Shown here: one piece after another, positions 1-8,178 of the stretch
Numbering within the stretch: position 1 is the stretch's first letter
Layout of the letters: every line of letters starts with the position of its first letter
Assembly (NCBI GenBank): GCA_030603495.1
Contig: JAUVXR010000002.1
Location: forward strand, 75,836-139,835
DNA from: a bacterium
GTDB lineage: Bacteria; Armatimonadota; Zipacnadia; Zipacnadales; Zipacnadaceae
Direction: 5' to 3'
Length of the DNA: 64,000 nt
The notes under the pieces: model-generated
What the model was told of the DNA's origin: nothing
The model's database searches: none
Seen by the model: the letters and a program-made list of their open reading frames with translations, nothing else
Position numbers and translations under genes: made by a program

Positions 1-553
1 TAACCGCTGCCTCTGCCACCTGCCGGAGTGCCTCGTTGACCACGGTAGCGTCGTCCCCCCGCCAGCCCGGAATTGGCGCGGTCTCGACAGAAACCATCGC
101 GCCATCCAGAACCCACCCCAGGAAAACGTCCATCGCCTTGAGCTCCAGGCGCACCCGGCACTGACCGGTCCCGCGGTCCACCGCCACTTCGTGCACGGTG
201 CCAGTAATTACCTTATCAACCTGGAGATACTCACCGAGACGAACCTGTTGGGTCTCCATCAGCGGCGGTACCAGCCCCAGGTCCGCCAGGGCTGCGTGCA
301 GTGAGCGCTTGGCAATAGTCCGGAACTCCCCAGAATCTTCCAAGGCCATAGCCACCGCATCGGTGGCCTTCTCCGAGGCCTTGAACGAATCGTGGCCGGT
401 GATATCCTGAATCGGCAGCACTACTGCGGAGGTCATCTCGGTAAAGGCTTGCCCATAGGCAGCAGTCGGAGCAAGACCGTAGGGGACTGCGATCAAGACT
501 GCTACAATGAGTGCTACGTGCTTGGCTAGGGGTTCGTGGCTTATCCGGTACAT
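1..553 (-). CDS. Exported protein, CsgG/TolB-N-like domain (5' part; runs off window edge)
   Basis: Manual translation from ATG at 553: MYRISHEPLAKHVALIVAVLIAVPYG...VVLPIQD...ATDAVAMALEDSGEF...VRLGEYLQVDKVITGTV; frame is open to position 1; GGGAG upstream. Confidence 0.6.
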   Translation of the reverse strand, partial: MYRISHEPLAKHVALIVAVLIAVPYGLAPTAAYGQAFTEMTSAVVLPIQDITGHDSFKASEKATDAVAMALEDSGEFRTIAKRSLHAALADLGLVPPLMETQQVRLGEYLQVDKVITGTVHEVAVDRGTGQCRVRLELKAMDVFLGWVLDGAMVSVETAPIPGWRGDDATVVNEALRQVAEAAV

Positions 554-610
554 TGGCTACACTCTCCCTATGAGGATGTCGCTGGTTCTGTCTATGTGTT
601 AATGTAGCTT

Positions 611-640
611 AGTATACCACAGCGCCGTCAAACGTGTAAA
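611..640 (-). promoter_or_regulatory. Putative sigma70 promoter
   Basis: TTTACA-N18-TATACT with TG extension on minus strand, upstream of the CDS at 553. Confidence 0.4.
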
Positions 641-1006
641 CTCTCCCGACACCTCTCCCACCTGAGTCTCCACTGACCTTGTCCATCTTCTACTACGACA
701 ATATCATCCTCGTTTCTTCACCAGCGCCCAGCCCAACACCATTCCGCCACCCGTCTCAGTTACAAGCGGCCTGGCCTTCAACCACCGCGATGTCCGTGTT
801 TGCCCTTGTCTCTGGCTCCGTATTATAGCACAGGCCCTCTCTCGGTGCAAGCCTAACTTGGCTGCTAGCAGCAGCCCTCCCCAGATCCCAACGCCTCTGC
901 TGCATCCCAAACTGGTAAGGCCGGGCAACCACGGCGCCTACTTATGACTCTGGGACCTTGCCCAATTCACCGAGATTCTCGGCCAGCACGGACTGCCCGC
1001 CTGCCG

Positions 1007-1873
1007 CTACCCGGCACACACAACGCGCGTGCCCGAAACCTGTGGATCAAAGCCGCTGCGAACCCAAATGTCGACTTTCTGCTGTAGAGCATACTCGACC
1101 GCCTCCCGCTGAATGACCTGCGGGAACTTCGGCCACTCCAGCAGCTCCCGGCCATCCACCTCACCCAACTTCCGCGCCTCCTCATGGACGGACGGGTCGC
1201 GGTCATAGATGCCGTCCACGTCGCTGCACATTGTCGCTTCGCTCTGGCCCAGCGCAGCAGCCAGTGCCACGGCCGTCAAGTTGGACCCACCTCGCCCCAG
1301 AACGGACACCTGGTCCCGGCCCGTCTTCACTTCCCGGCAGTAGCCCTGGAACCCGGCTACCACCGGCACAATGCCCCAGTCAATTAGCTCCAGAATATAC
1401 TCGCTGTCTACCGACTCAATCAACGCGCCGACTACTCCACCCGTGGTGCGTATCCCCGCCTCCCGGCCGGTCATTGAATAGGCGGGACAGCCCATCGCCT
1501 CCAGCGCCATAGCCAGCGACGAGTTGGCGCGCAACTCCCCGCTCATAAGCAGCCGGGCGTATTCGCGATCCGACGGGTTAGGAGAGATGTAGGCACTGAG
1601 CTGGTCCAGCTTGTCAGTGGCCCAGTCAAATGCGGAGACAACGATTACGGGAGTTACCCCTTCTTCACACAGCGGTATAACATACCCCTCGGCGATCTCG
1701 CGTAGCCGTTTGGCCCGGGCCCGATTGCGCCACTGCTCCAGCAGGCGGTATATCTGGTTAGCATCCCCCAGCCCACAGCATTCTTCGACTAGCCGATCTT
1801 CGCCCGGGCCGAACCGCTCATAGCCCTGCAGCGTTCTTCCTCCGAATTTCAGCACCGGTATCGTTGCCGACAC
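1007..1873 (-). CDS. Aspartate kinase-like amino-acid kinase (no ACT domains)
   Basis: KFGG, VVSA, GE, VVAGFQG, LGRGGS, SDVDGIYDRDP motifs of the AA_kinase family. Confidence 0.85.
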   Translation of the reverse strand: MSATIPVLKFGGRTLQGYERFGPGEDRLVEECCGLGDANQIYRLLEQWRNRARAKRLREIAEGYVIPLCEEGVTPVIVVSAFDWATDKLDQLSAYISPNPSDREYARLLMSGELRANSSLAMALEAMGCPAYSMTGREAGIRTTGGVVGALIESVDSEYILELIDWGIVPVVAGFQGYCREVKTGRDQVSVLGRGGSNLTAVALAAALGQSEATMCSDVDGIYDRDPSVHEEARKLGEVDGRELLEWPKFPQVIQREAVEYALQQKVDIWVRSGFDPQVSGTRVVCAG

Positions 1874-2004
1874 TGTCTTTCCATACGCTCCAATAATGGC
1901 AGGTTACACTTAGATAGCGCTGCTGAGATTATAACCATAATCAATCTGCTGTCAACCGTGCCGCCCCATATTCCTCGGGCAAGGGGAATCAACCTCCGAC
2001 CGGG

Positions 2005-2442
2005 TCAGAGCAGCAACCGCGCAAGGTTGACGGCCCAGCCGACCAGCAGTATGACGAGCATTACTCGCCCCCCCTGCTCCGAGAACAGCCAGCGGGGCAG
2101 CAGCATCCCGTCCCGTACCAGCCCTATAATTGTTGCCAGCAATACTGCCCACGTCGCCAGATAGGCCGCCGGGCCTAAAATATGGATGTTGAAAGCAGCA
2201 ACTACTCGCCCGTCAGCCATCAGGGCGAAGGCCGTAGTCATCCCGCAAAAGGGGCACGGCAAGCCCGTCAGCCAACGGAAGAGGCACGGCAGCGGCAATA
2301 GGTGCTCGTGGGTGCCATAGCCGCCGGCTTCAGGAGTCAGCAGCCGCGCAACTATCAGCACAGCCAAAGCCCCCAGGGCCCACAAGAGCGATTGCTTCCG
2401 CCCTTCCGACCACCACCCAACTGCCCGCCCAGACGATACCAT
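2005..2442 (-). CDS. DUF2752-type membrane protein
   Basis: PCLFRWLTGLPCPFCGMTTAF motif plus TM helices; start moved to ATG 2442 because the longer ORF overlaps a tRNA. Confidence 0.8.
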   Translation of the reverse strand: MVSSGRAVGWWSEGRKQSLLWALGALAVLIVARLLTPEAGGYGTHEHLLPLPCLFRWLTGLPCPFCGMTTAFALMADGRVVAAFNIHILGPAAYLATWAVLLATIIGLVRDGMLLPRWLFSEQGGRVMLVILLVGWAVNLARLLL

Positions 2443-2572
2443 CAGCCTGTCGCTGTCGGCCGGAGCAGCCCTCTGGATTCTCGCACAAGACTCAGACACC
2501 ACTGTGCTCTTGATGGATGGTTGGAGCGATCGCCGCCATGCGTATTGAGATTGGCAAGTCAGGATAAGATGG

Positions 2573-2661
2573 TGGTGCCGGGGATGGGATTTGAACCCAT
2601 ACGCTCCTTGCGGAGCCCAGGATTTTAAGTCCCGTGCGTCTGCCGATTCCGCCACCCCGGC
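2573..2661 (-). tRNA. tRNA-Leu(TAA)
   Basis: GCCGGGGTGGCGGAATCGGCAGACGCACGGGAC-TTAAAA-TCC...GGTTCAAATCC...CACCA; long variable arm. Confidence 0.95.
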
Positions 2662-2785
2662 CCTAGCCTTGATATTAACATACCCCGCTCAGGCTGTCCA
2701 CCAATCCCCAATTTCCCCCTACTCCGCTGGCACCGGGTGTTTCCGCTTGGTTGACGGTTGGCTCAAGGCCTACCGTGATGGCCTG

Positions 2786-3064
2786 TTATTCGTCCCTAGT
2801 TCGCAAATGGGCGTGAGGATCAACCCCAATTGACGTAAGGTACTCATCAATAGCCCGGTGCTTGGCCAGGGCGCAGCCCAAGGTGATAAGCTCCGCGGGA
2901 TCTACTTCTTCCAGGTCCACGGCACCGAGTTCGCCCAGCTCGCGCAGGCACTTGTGGAAGTCAATGGTGCGGACCACTTTAGCGCCGGCAACAGTGTCTT
3001 CGATTTCGACCTCTACGTTCTCGGGCACTTCTATGGATGTCAATATGCGCGCCTTTATAGCCAT
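2786..3064 (-). CDS. Hypothetical protein (92 aa)
   Basis: ORF with AAGGAG SD and protein-like composition. Confidence 0.65.
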   Translation of the reverse strand: MAIKARILTSIEVPENVEVEIEDTVAGAKVVRTIDFHKCLRELGELGAVDLEEVDPAELITLGCALAKHRAIDEYLTSIGVDPHAHLRTRDE

Positions 3065-3087
3065 GCAACTGCTCTCCTTGCTTTCAG

Positions 3088-3241
3088 ATTACCCGCCTTG
3101 CTTGACGGTCAGCTCAAGGTCTGGCATAACCGTAGAACTAGAAAGCGAGCTGTGGACACCGACTATATTTCGCTCCCCCAGGCCTAGCCTCCGCAACCCC
3201 TGCTTCATATCTTCTTTGGTGAGGACGGTTTGTCCGATCAT
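3088..3241 (-). pseudogene. Truncated AAC(3)-family N-acetyltransferase N-terminus fused to the junction repeat
   Basis: MIGQTVLTKEDMKQGLRRLGLGERNIVGVHSSLSS (AAC(3)/YokD N-terminal VHSSLS motif) runs directly into MPDLELTVKQGG*. Confidence 0.65.
3093..3127 (-). repeat. Junction repeat copy R1 (MPDLELTVKQ)
   Basis: ATGCCAGACCTTGAGCTGACCGTCAAGCAAGGCGG. Confidence 0.9.
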
Positions 3242-3276
3242 TTTGAACTAACCTCTTAAGGCTGGTAGCAAACTGA

Positions 3277-4398
3277 CTACCATCTATCGCTCGCGGGGTG
3301 ATGATACGGTACCTCCGGCAGCAAGGCCTGCAGAGCTTGCGCCACCTCGGGGCCGAGCTTGGGTCTCAGCGTCAGACCGCCGCGCAGGTAACCCTCCCAG
3401 GCGGAGATCATGCCGCAAACGATCTGCGTCAGCAGCTCGCGGGATCCGACCAGGTCCAGAGCCGCTCCCGACCCACCCAGTCCGAGAGTACCGGATTGCT
3501 CACCCCAGGTTAGCGTGATTGCTTCCGCCAAGACTGATTTATCCAAAGCAGTGGCTCTCTCCTCAAACATAGGGCGCAGCAAGTTAAGCAGCCCCGGCAG
3601 GTCGAGGATTTTGAACTGGAAAACACAAGCCGGTGCCGGCCGGTAGCCGCGAGCCCACAAGAGATGCACCAGTGGTTGGTCGCCCTCCGATATGGAGAAG
3701 GTGAGTTCGGTCTCTCCCAACTCTCTTACTGCGGCGCTGAGAGCATACAGAAGTGCGTCAGCGACTACTAGTCGATCCTCGATGTCCGGGGGAACAAAGA
3801 GCCCCGCCACCAAGCCGGGCCAGTATAGGAAGCGCTCGCAGAATCCGATTATCTCTCCGTGTTTCTCGGCGATAACCCCGACTGGCTCTTGACCGCCTTT
3901 TCGACACCCCTCTTCGCTTGTATACCAAGAATGGCTTTTCCTCCACCAAACCAGGTTCTTCTCACACACACCAAAGTACGGCCGTTGGACCTGTTTGACG
4001 AAGCTTAGCACGGCGGCTTCATCATCGTCGCAATATGGCCGCACTGCGACCTGCCCAGCTTGCTCCGTTGCAAGCGGGCCGCTATAATTACGTTGGTTAA
4101 AGAGGTATACATGGCCAGCACGGGCGTAAAGCCGGCGGGGGTGATTACCAGCACTCACGGCTGAGCAGGTATAACCATGGTCTAGCGCAAACTGATGCGC
4201 TCGCTGCATCATGCCAGCGGCGATGCCTCGACGCCGCACGCTCTCGTCGACGCTTACACCGCCAATCCCAGCTAGCGGAACACAGACCCCAGTGGGAAAC
4301 TGAAAGGAAATATGGGGAACTGTGATGCGACCGACATCGTTGCTCTCTAGGGCGGCTATAACAGTATTCGCTTCCCATCGGAACCGAGGTTCAGTCAT
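3277..4398 (-). CDS. Eis-like tandem GNAT acetyltransferase with C-terminal SCP2-like domain
   Basis: AGIGGVSVDESVRRRGIA acetyl-CoA motif, LYARAG, second GNAT lobe, C-terminal sterol-carrier-like segment. Confidence 0.8.
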   Translation of the reverse strand: MTEPRFRWEANTVIAALESNDVGRITVPHISFQFPTGVCVPLAGIGGVSVDESVRRRGIAAGMMQRAHQFALDHGYTCSAVSAGNHPRRLYARAGHVYLFNQRNYSGPLATEQAGQVAVRPYCDDDEAAVLSFVKQVQRPYFGVCEKNLVWWRKSHSWYTSEEGCRKGGQEPVGVIAEKHGEIIGFCERFLYWPGLVAGLFVPPDIEDRLVVADALLYALSAAVRELGETELTFSISEGDQPLVHLLWARGYRPAPACVFQFKILDLPGLLNLLRPMFEERATALDKSVLAEAITLTWGEQSGTLGLGGSGAALDLVGSRELLTQIVCGMISAWEGYLRGGLTLRPKLGPEVAQALQALLPEVPYHHPASDRW

Positions 4399-4500
4399 CG
4401 GGAATGTCCTCCTGTGATACTTTCGGCTTGTTCGGAGCGGTCAAGTCGGCGAAGAATATCCCAATCTCCGCGGCGTCCGCTGGCTACCCTTCTGCCGACT

Positions 4501-4602
4501 AGCTTCGGCGTTGCACCAGTCACGGACGGTCCTTACCGCGATATCTAGCTGTTTAGCCGGCTACCTGACGGTCAGCTCAGGGTCTAGTACTCACTGCTGC
4601 CC
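4501..4602 (-). pseudogene. Junction repeat copy R2 continuing into an excisionase-like HTH remnant
   Basis: Reads VLDPELTVR*PAKQLDIAVRTVRDWCNA directly after the GT2 stop codon; matches the LTVxQAAxxLxIxxRTVRxW pattern of HTH_17/Xis. Confidence 0.7.
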
Positions 4603-5661
4603 TTCGTCGCACCTTGCTATCCCGCTCGTGAGTACGTTCAACCAGCTTGCCAAACGCTGCTTGACTAACAACACTGTCGCATAAAGCCACCTCGCCCGGG
4701 CCTTCCCTGACCAGGGAAGCTGGCGCAGGATATACGCGAACTGCCACCGCGCCTTTTCGAGCTTGCCGCCGGCCAGGCACATCTTGCCCGCCTCGTAGTG
4801 CTCCCGCAGCGGACCATATTCCAACGGGCCCAGGTCTTGCTTGGCCTGGGCAAGCTGCCTCTCAAGCTCTGCGTCCCGGTCGAACTCAATGCCTCTCTGC
4901 TTAGCCCGGAACTGCGCTTGGGCTGTGCGGGCTAGGGCCATTTGCTCGTGCGTGTGACGAGTCGAGACCTGCCCGGCGCGGTGGCGGATCATCACCAGGG
5001 GCTCGGGCACGAATCCGATGCGCGAGCAGGCGCTAACTCTGAGGATCAGATCAAAGTCGCTGGCATACCGGAAGAACTCGTCATAGCTATTGAGCTGTCT
5101 TAGCACAGACATACGTATCATACTAGACGAGTGAACGAAGGGCATGCGGCATTGCTCGAAAACACGGCGGTGGGCGCCAGCATCGTCCCGAGGCTTTTTC
5201 GGGTGGGGGTGACCGGCGATCGTGCCCTCCTCGTCTATCGCCCACGATGTGCCCCCCACCAGCCCTAGCTCAGGCCTCTCCCGGATCGCGGCAACGCTCA
5301 GCGCGAATCGCTCGGGCCGGGCAACATCATCGTTATCGAGGATAGCGGCGAATTCGCCCCTAGCGGCAGCAACAGCCCGGTTGCGCGACGCGGTCCCACC
5401 GACGTTGCGTTCATTTCGCAAGAGCCGAACGCGTGCGTCCCTATTGGCGAATTCCTGGACGATTTCGGCGGTCCGATCGGTGGAGGCGTCATCTACCACA
5501 ATCAACTCCCAATCCTGATAGGTCTGCGCCAGTACCGAGGCCACCGCCTCCCCGACATGGGCCTCACAATTGTAGGCGGGCATGATGACGCTGACCAACC
5601 CGGGGATGCAGTTGGCGCACTTACCAGCCATCTGCTTGCCGGTCAGCTCAAGGTCCGGCAC
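4591..5661 (-). CDS. Glycosyltransferase family 2
   Basis: VSVIMPAYN, VVDDASTD, SRN, LDNDD (DxD), SDFDL motifs; the N-terminus is supplied by repeat R3. Confidence 0.9.
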   Translation of the reverse strand: MPDLELTGKQMAGKCANCIPGLVSVIMPAYNCEAHVGEAVASVLAQTYQDWELIVVDDASTDRTAEIVQEFANRDARVRLLRNERNVGGTASRNRAVAAARGEFAAILDNDDVARPERFALSVAAIRERPELGLVGGTSWAIDEEGTIAGHPHPKKPRDDAGAHRRVFEQCRMPFVHSSSMIRMSVLRQLNSYDEFFRYASDFDLILRVSACSRIGFVPEPLVMIRHRAGQVSTRHTHEQMALARTAQAQFRAKQRGIEFDRDAELERQLAQAKQDLGPLEYGPLREHYEAGKMCLAGGKLEKARWQFAYILRQLPWSGKARARWLYATVLLVKQRLASWLNVLTSGIARCDEGQQ

Positions 5662-5675
5662 GGGTTACTCCTCAC
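5612..5675 (-). repeat. Junction repeat copy R3
   Basis: GAGGAGTAACCCGTGCCGGACCTTGAGCTGACCGGCAAGCAGATGGCTGGTAAGTGCGCCAA. Confidence 0.9.
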
Positions 5676-6381
5676 TCTCCGGCGTTATAATGCCGAGAGC
5701 AAAAGCGTCCGGCGGAGGCCTATACTCATCATAAACAAAGAGAAGGCTCTTGAAATGATCGTTGAACCTGGCGAATAATTCAACCCCTTCCTGCTGCAAC
5801 CCCAAAGCCTCCAACCGAGTTGATGTAGATGCCTGGCAAAGCTCGGGAAAGTCTCCTACCGCATTGTCTACCAGGCGCGCCGCAGTATAAGCCCAGAAGG
5901 AATAGTAGATGGAGTAAGGATCATCCCGGAGATTCCTGACAGCCCATTTGAGTCTCTCACAACTTCTCTTATTAAGCTCGCGAGACTTTTGTATTGCCTG
6001 CAGTTCTTCCGTCGTGCCTCTAGGGGAGGCAATGCTTATCACCCGCATGTCTCGTTCGATCCGGTCGAGTACTGCGGACGGACCGTTCGTGACCGGGGCT
6101 TTACCCTCCTCCGTGCCTCTAGGGGCGGCAATGTCTATGTTCTCCAGAAGTTCCCACACTTCCGAATTCCAGTTGTCAACGTCACTTGCCCATTGCCCAA
6201 CCTCCGCAGGACTCTCAAGCTCAAGGTCCAGAACAGGCTCCCCCTCGGCTGGGGTGGGAGGCTCCCCGGCTTCCTGGGCAAAAGCCGCCTGCCCCAAGAA
6301 GAGCCAATTCCCCAGCATACCTCCACCCAGCCCGGCTACTGCCAATACTGCCAGTGCCACATAATACTGCTTACGGTTCAT
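5665..6381 (-). CDS. Hypothetical exported protein
   Basis: Signal peptide ending AFA-Q; GGAGG SD. Confidence 0.7.
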   Translation of the reverse strand: MNRKQYYVALAVLAVAGLGGGMLGNWLFLGQAAFAQEAGEPPTPAEGEPVLDLELESPAEVGQWASDVDNWNSEVWELLENIDIAAPRGTEEGKAPVTNGPSAVLDRIERDMRVISIASPRGTTEELQAIQKSRELNKRSCERLKWAVRNLRDDPYSIYYSFWAYTAARLVDNAVGDFPELCQASTSTRLEALGLQQEGVELFARFNDHFKSLLFVYDEYRPPPDAFALGIITPESEE

Positions 6382-6424
6382 CTCTCTGCCCTCCGTGTTT
6401 GCTTGGTGTGACTGCGGACTCTGC

Positions 6425-6478
6425 CCGCCTGCTTGCCGGTCAGCTCAAGGTCTGGGATAGGCGACTCCTCGCCCGCCC
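6425..6478 (-). repeat. Junction repeat copy R4
   Basis: GGGCGGGCGAGGAGTCGCCTATCCCAGACCTTGAGCTGACCGGCAAGCAGGCGG. Confidence 0.9.
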
Positions 6479-6551
6479 GTGGCAGCTTTCCATCCTATCA
6501 GGCGCCACTGGTGCGATACCTTTACGTTTCACTATACGCGCTTCCCGTGCG

Positions 6552-7058
6552 TCACCAGAGCTCCAACATCTCGTCGCCCACAAGCGTCTCTCCCTGTTCC
6601 CACTCGGCGACTGGCACGTCTTCCATGAAGAACTCTATGCCCAGGTCCCCGTCGGCGATCTCCGGGAAGTAGTCGCGCACAATGCCGGCAAGCTTCTCGG
6701 CTGCCTCAGCGTAGGTAGTCTTTACCTCCTCGTCAGAGCACGCGAAGTCTCCGTCACCCAGATACATATCCCAGTCGGGTTTGGTGCTCGTGTTTACTTC
6801 CAGGTTTATACCCCAGTACTCAACGTAAAGTACAGAACTTGTCTGCACGAGCCGGTCGGTGAGATACCGCTCGTAGCCCTCAAGGGCGTTGAATTGAACC
6901 TCCCGCCACTCCACCAGCGTCGGGGTGTGAGACTCCGAATAATACTCCGGCAGAAAATCAAGAACCAATACCTCTTCTTCCTGCGCCACTACCATTCCGG
7001 CGACAAACGCCACAACCACGGCTGCTCCAATTGTCAGCCACAACCACTTCTTGCTCAT
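6552..7058 (-). CDS. Hypothetical exported acidic protein
   Basis: MSKKWLWLTIGAAVVVAFVAGMVVA-Q signal peptide; also in frame with the upstream repeat ATG at 7133. Confidence 0.7.
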   Translation of the reverse strand: MSKKWLWLTIGAAVVVAFVAGMVVAQEEEVLVLDFLPEYYSESHTPTLVEWREVQFNALEGYERYLTDRLVQTSSVLYVEYWGINLEVNTSTKPDWDMYLGDGDFACSDEEVKTTYAEAAEKLAGIVRDYFPEIADGDLGIEFFMEDVPVAEWEQGETLVGDEMLELW

Positions 7059-7080
7059 TCTCAGTCCCTCCCTCGTAGAG

Positions 7081-7150
7081 TTGTTGGCGTACTTACCAGC
7101 CGCCTGCTTGCCGGTCAACTCAAGGTCTGGCATTGGCTATTCCTCGCCCT
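7081..7150 (-). repeat. Junction repeat copy R5
   Basis: GGGCGAGGAATAGCCAATGCCAGACCTTGAGTTGACCGGCAAGCAGGCGGCTGGTAAGTACGCCAAC. Confidence 0.9.
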
Positions 7151-7565
7151 CTTGCTTCGGCGGGAAGAACAACCGGCGGCGGGTCGCCAATACCCACACG
7201 AACAGAGCTATCGTGATGAGTCCCGGCAGCCCGACAAAGAAGACGAAGAAGCCCAGAAACAGCTCCCCTCCAATATCCCGCCGTGTTGCTAAGAACGCCA
7301 AGCCTAAGCCTACGAGCCCTACTATAGCGAGGCTCGTCCAAACTGCCCCGCACCACCATCCCCACCGACGCAGCCGCACTAGGCCCCAGATTGTCACAAA
7401 GCCGAACAGGACTACAGGAAGGACTACAGGACTATAAGAATATAGACCGCTAAACAGCCCTGCCACGACCTGCAGGCTTACAGACCCGACTATTGCCGCC
7501 ACGACATACACCGGCCAGACGGACGGCCTGGCTCTGTGCTTGTCAGTATCTCTAAGCGTGTTCAT
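7137..7565 (-). CDS. Small 4-TM membrane protein (paralog A)
   Basis: Hydrophobic; GLVRLRRWGWW motif; termini shared with the next gene. Confidence 0.75.
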   Translation of the reverse strand: MNTLRDTDKHRARPSVWPVYVVAAIVGSVSLQVVAGLFSGLYSYSPVVLPVVLFGFVTIWGLVRLRRWGWWCGAVWTSLAIVGLVGLGLAFLATRRDIGGELFLGFFVFFVGLPGLITIALFVWVLATRRRLFFPPKQEGEE

Positions 7566-7656
7566 CTGTCTCACCCTCTTGCCTATTTACCCCGCAACAA
7601 AATAGGTCGGCTAGTGCGCCAGCTTTCGCTCTACGGGCTTCCTGTGCGCCTGTGGG

Positions 7657-8106
7657 CTATTCCTCGCCCTCTTGCTTCGGCGGGAAGAACAACCGGCGGC
7701 GCGCTACCAAGAGTCCTAAAACGGCAACTCCAAGGCACACTGCGGGGAGCATGACCGACCCCGCCCACTCCACCAGCCCCAGCCCCAGTATGGGCAACGC
7801 GCCCCCGACTATCCATATTCCAGCGAATACACTTCCACACCACCAGCCCCATCCCCGCAATTGGAGCAGGCCACTGGCTGTGACGAGTCCGAAGAGCCCG
7901 AATACGGCACTAGCTAACGGTAGGACCAGGAAAGCCGCGTCAGACACCGAAACAACAGGCCCCCGGATGACGGACAACAGGCCACCCCATAGCAAGACCA
8001 TAGCCAGGTGCGCCAGGGCGATAATCAGCACCGCCACCACCGCCACATACACCGGCCAGACGGACGGCGTGGCTTTGCCCTCGTCAGTGTCTCTGGGCGT
8101 GTTCAT
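7657..8106 (-). CDS. Small 4-TM membrane protein (paralog B)
   Basis: GLLQLRGWGWW motif; ends RRRLFFPPKQEGEE like paralog A; GGAGG SD. Confidence 0.75.
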   Translation of the reverse strand: MNTPRDTDEGKATPSVWPVYVAVVAVLIIALAHLAMVLLWGGLLSVIRGPVVSVSDAAFLVLPLASAVFGLFGLVTASGLLQLRGWGWWCGSVFAGIWIVGGALPILGLGLVEWAGSVMLPAVCLGVAVLGLLVARRRLFFPPKQEGEE

Positions 8107-8178
8107 CTGTCTGCCTCCTGTCGCCGACTTACCCCTGTCTGATGGTCGGATAGTGCCTTGGCAACCTATGAGTAGTGA

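Noticed and set aside
2443-2655. N-terminal extension of the 216-aa ORF
   Set aside because: It overlaps tRNA-Leu; this is an ORF-caller artefact.
2573-2661. tRNA-Leu(TAA) as the integration site of the array
   Set aside because: The array lies 5' of the tRNA, and I found no duplicated tRNA 3' end.
3093-7150. Junction repeats as a CRISPR array
   Set aside because: Spacers are 0.7-1.5 kb whole genes, the repeats are degenerate, and there are no cas genes in the window.
3093-7150. Junction repeats as classical integron attC sites
   Set aside because: No RYYYAAC...GTTRRRY ends or long attC hairpin are visible, and no intI is in the window.
6186-7292. 368-aa plus-strand ORF and other long antisense ORFs (e.g. 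11068-11946, 29494-30459, 59494-60582)
   Set aside because: Shadow frames of well-supported genes in GC-rich DNA, with no recognisable motifs.
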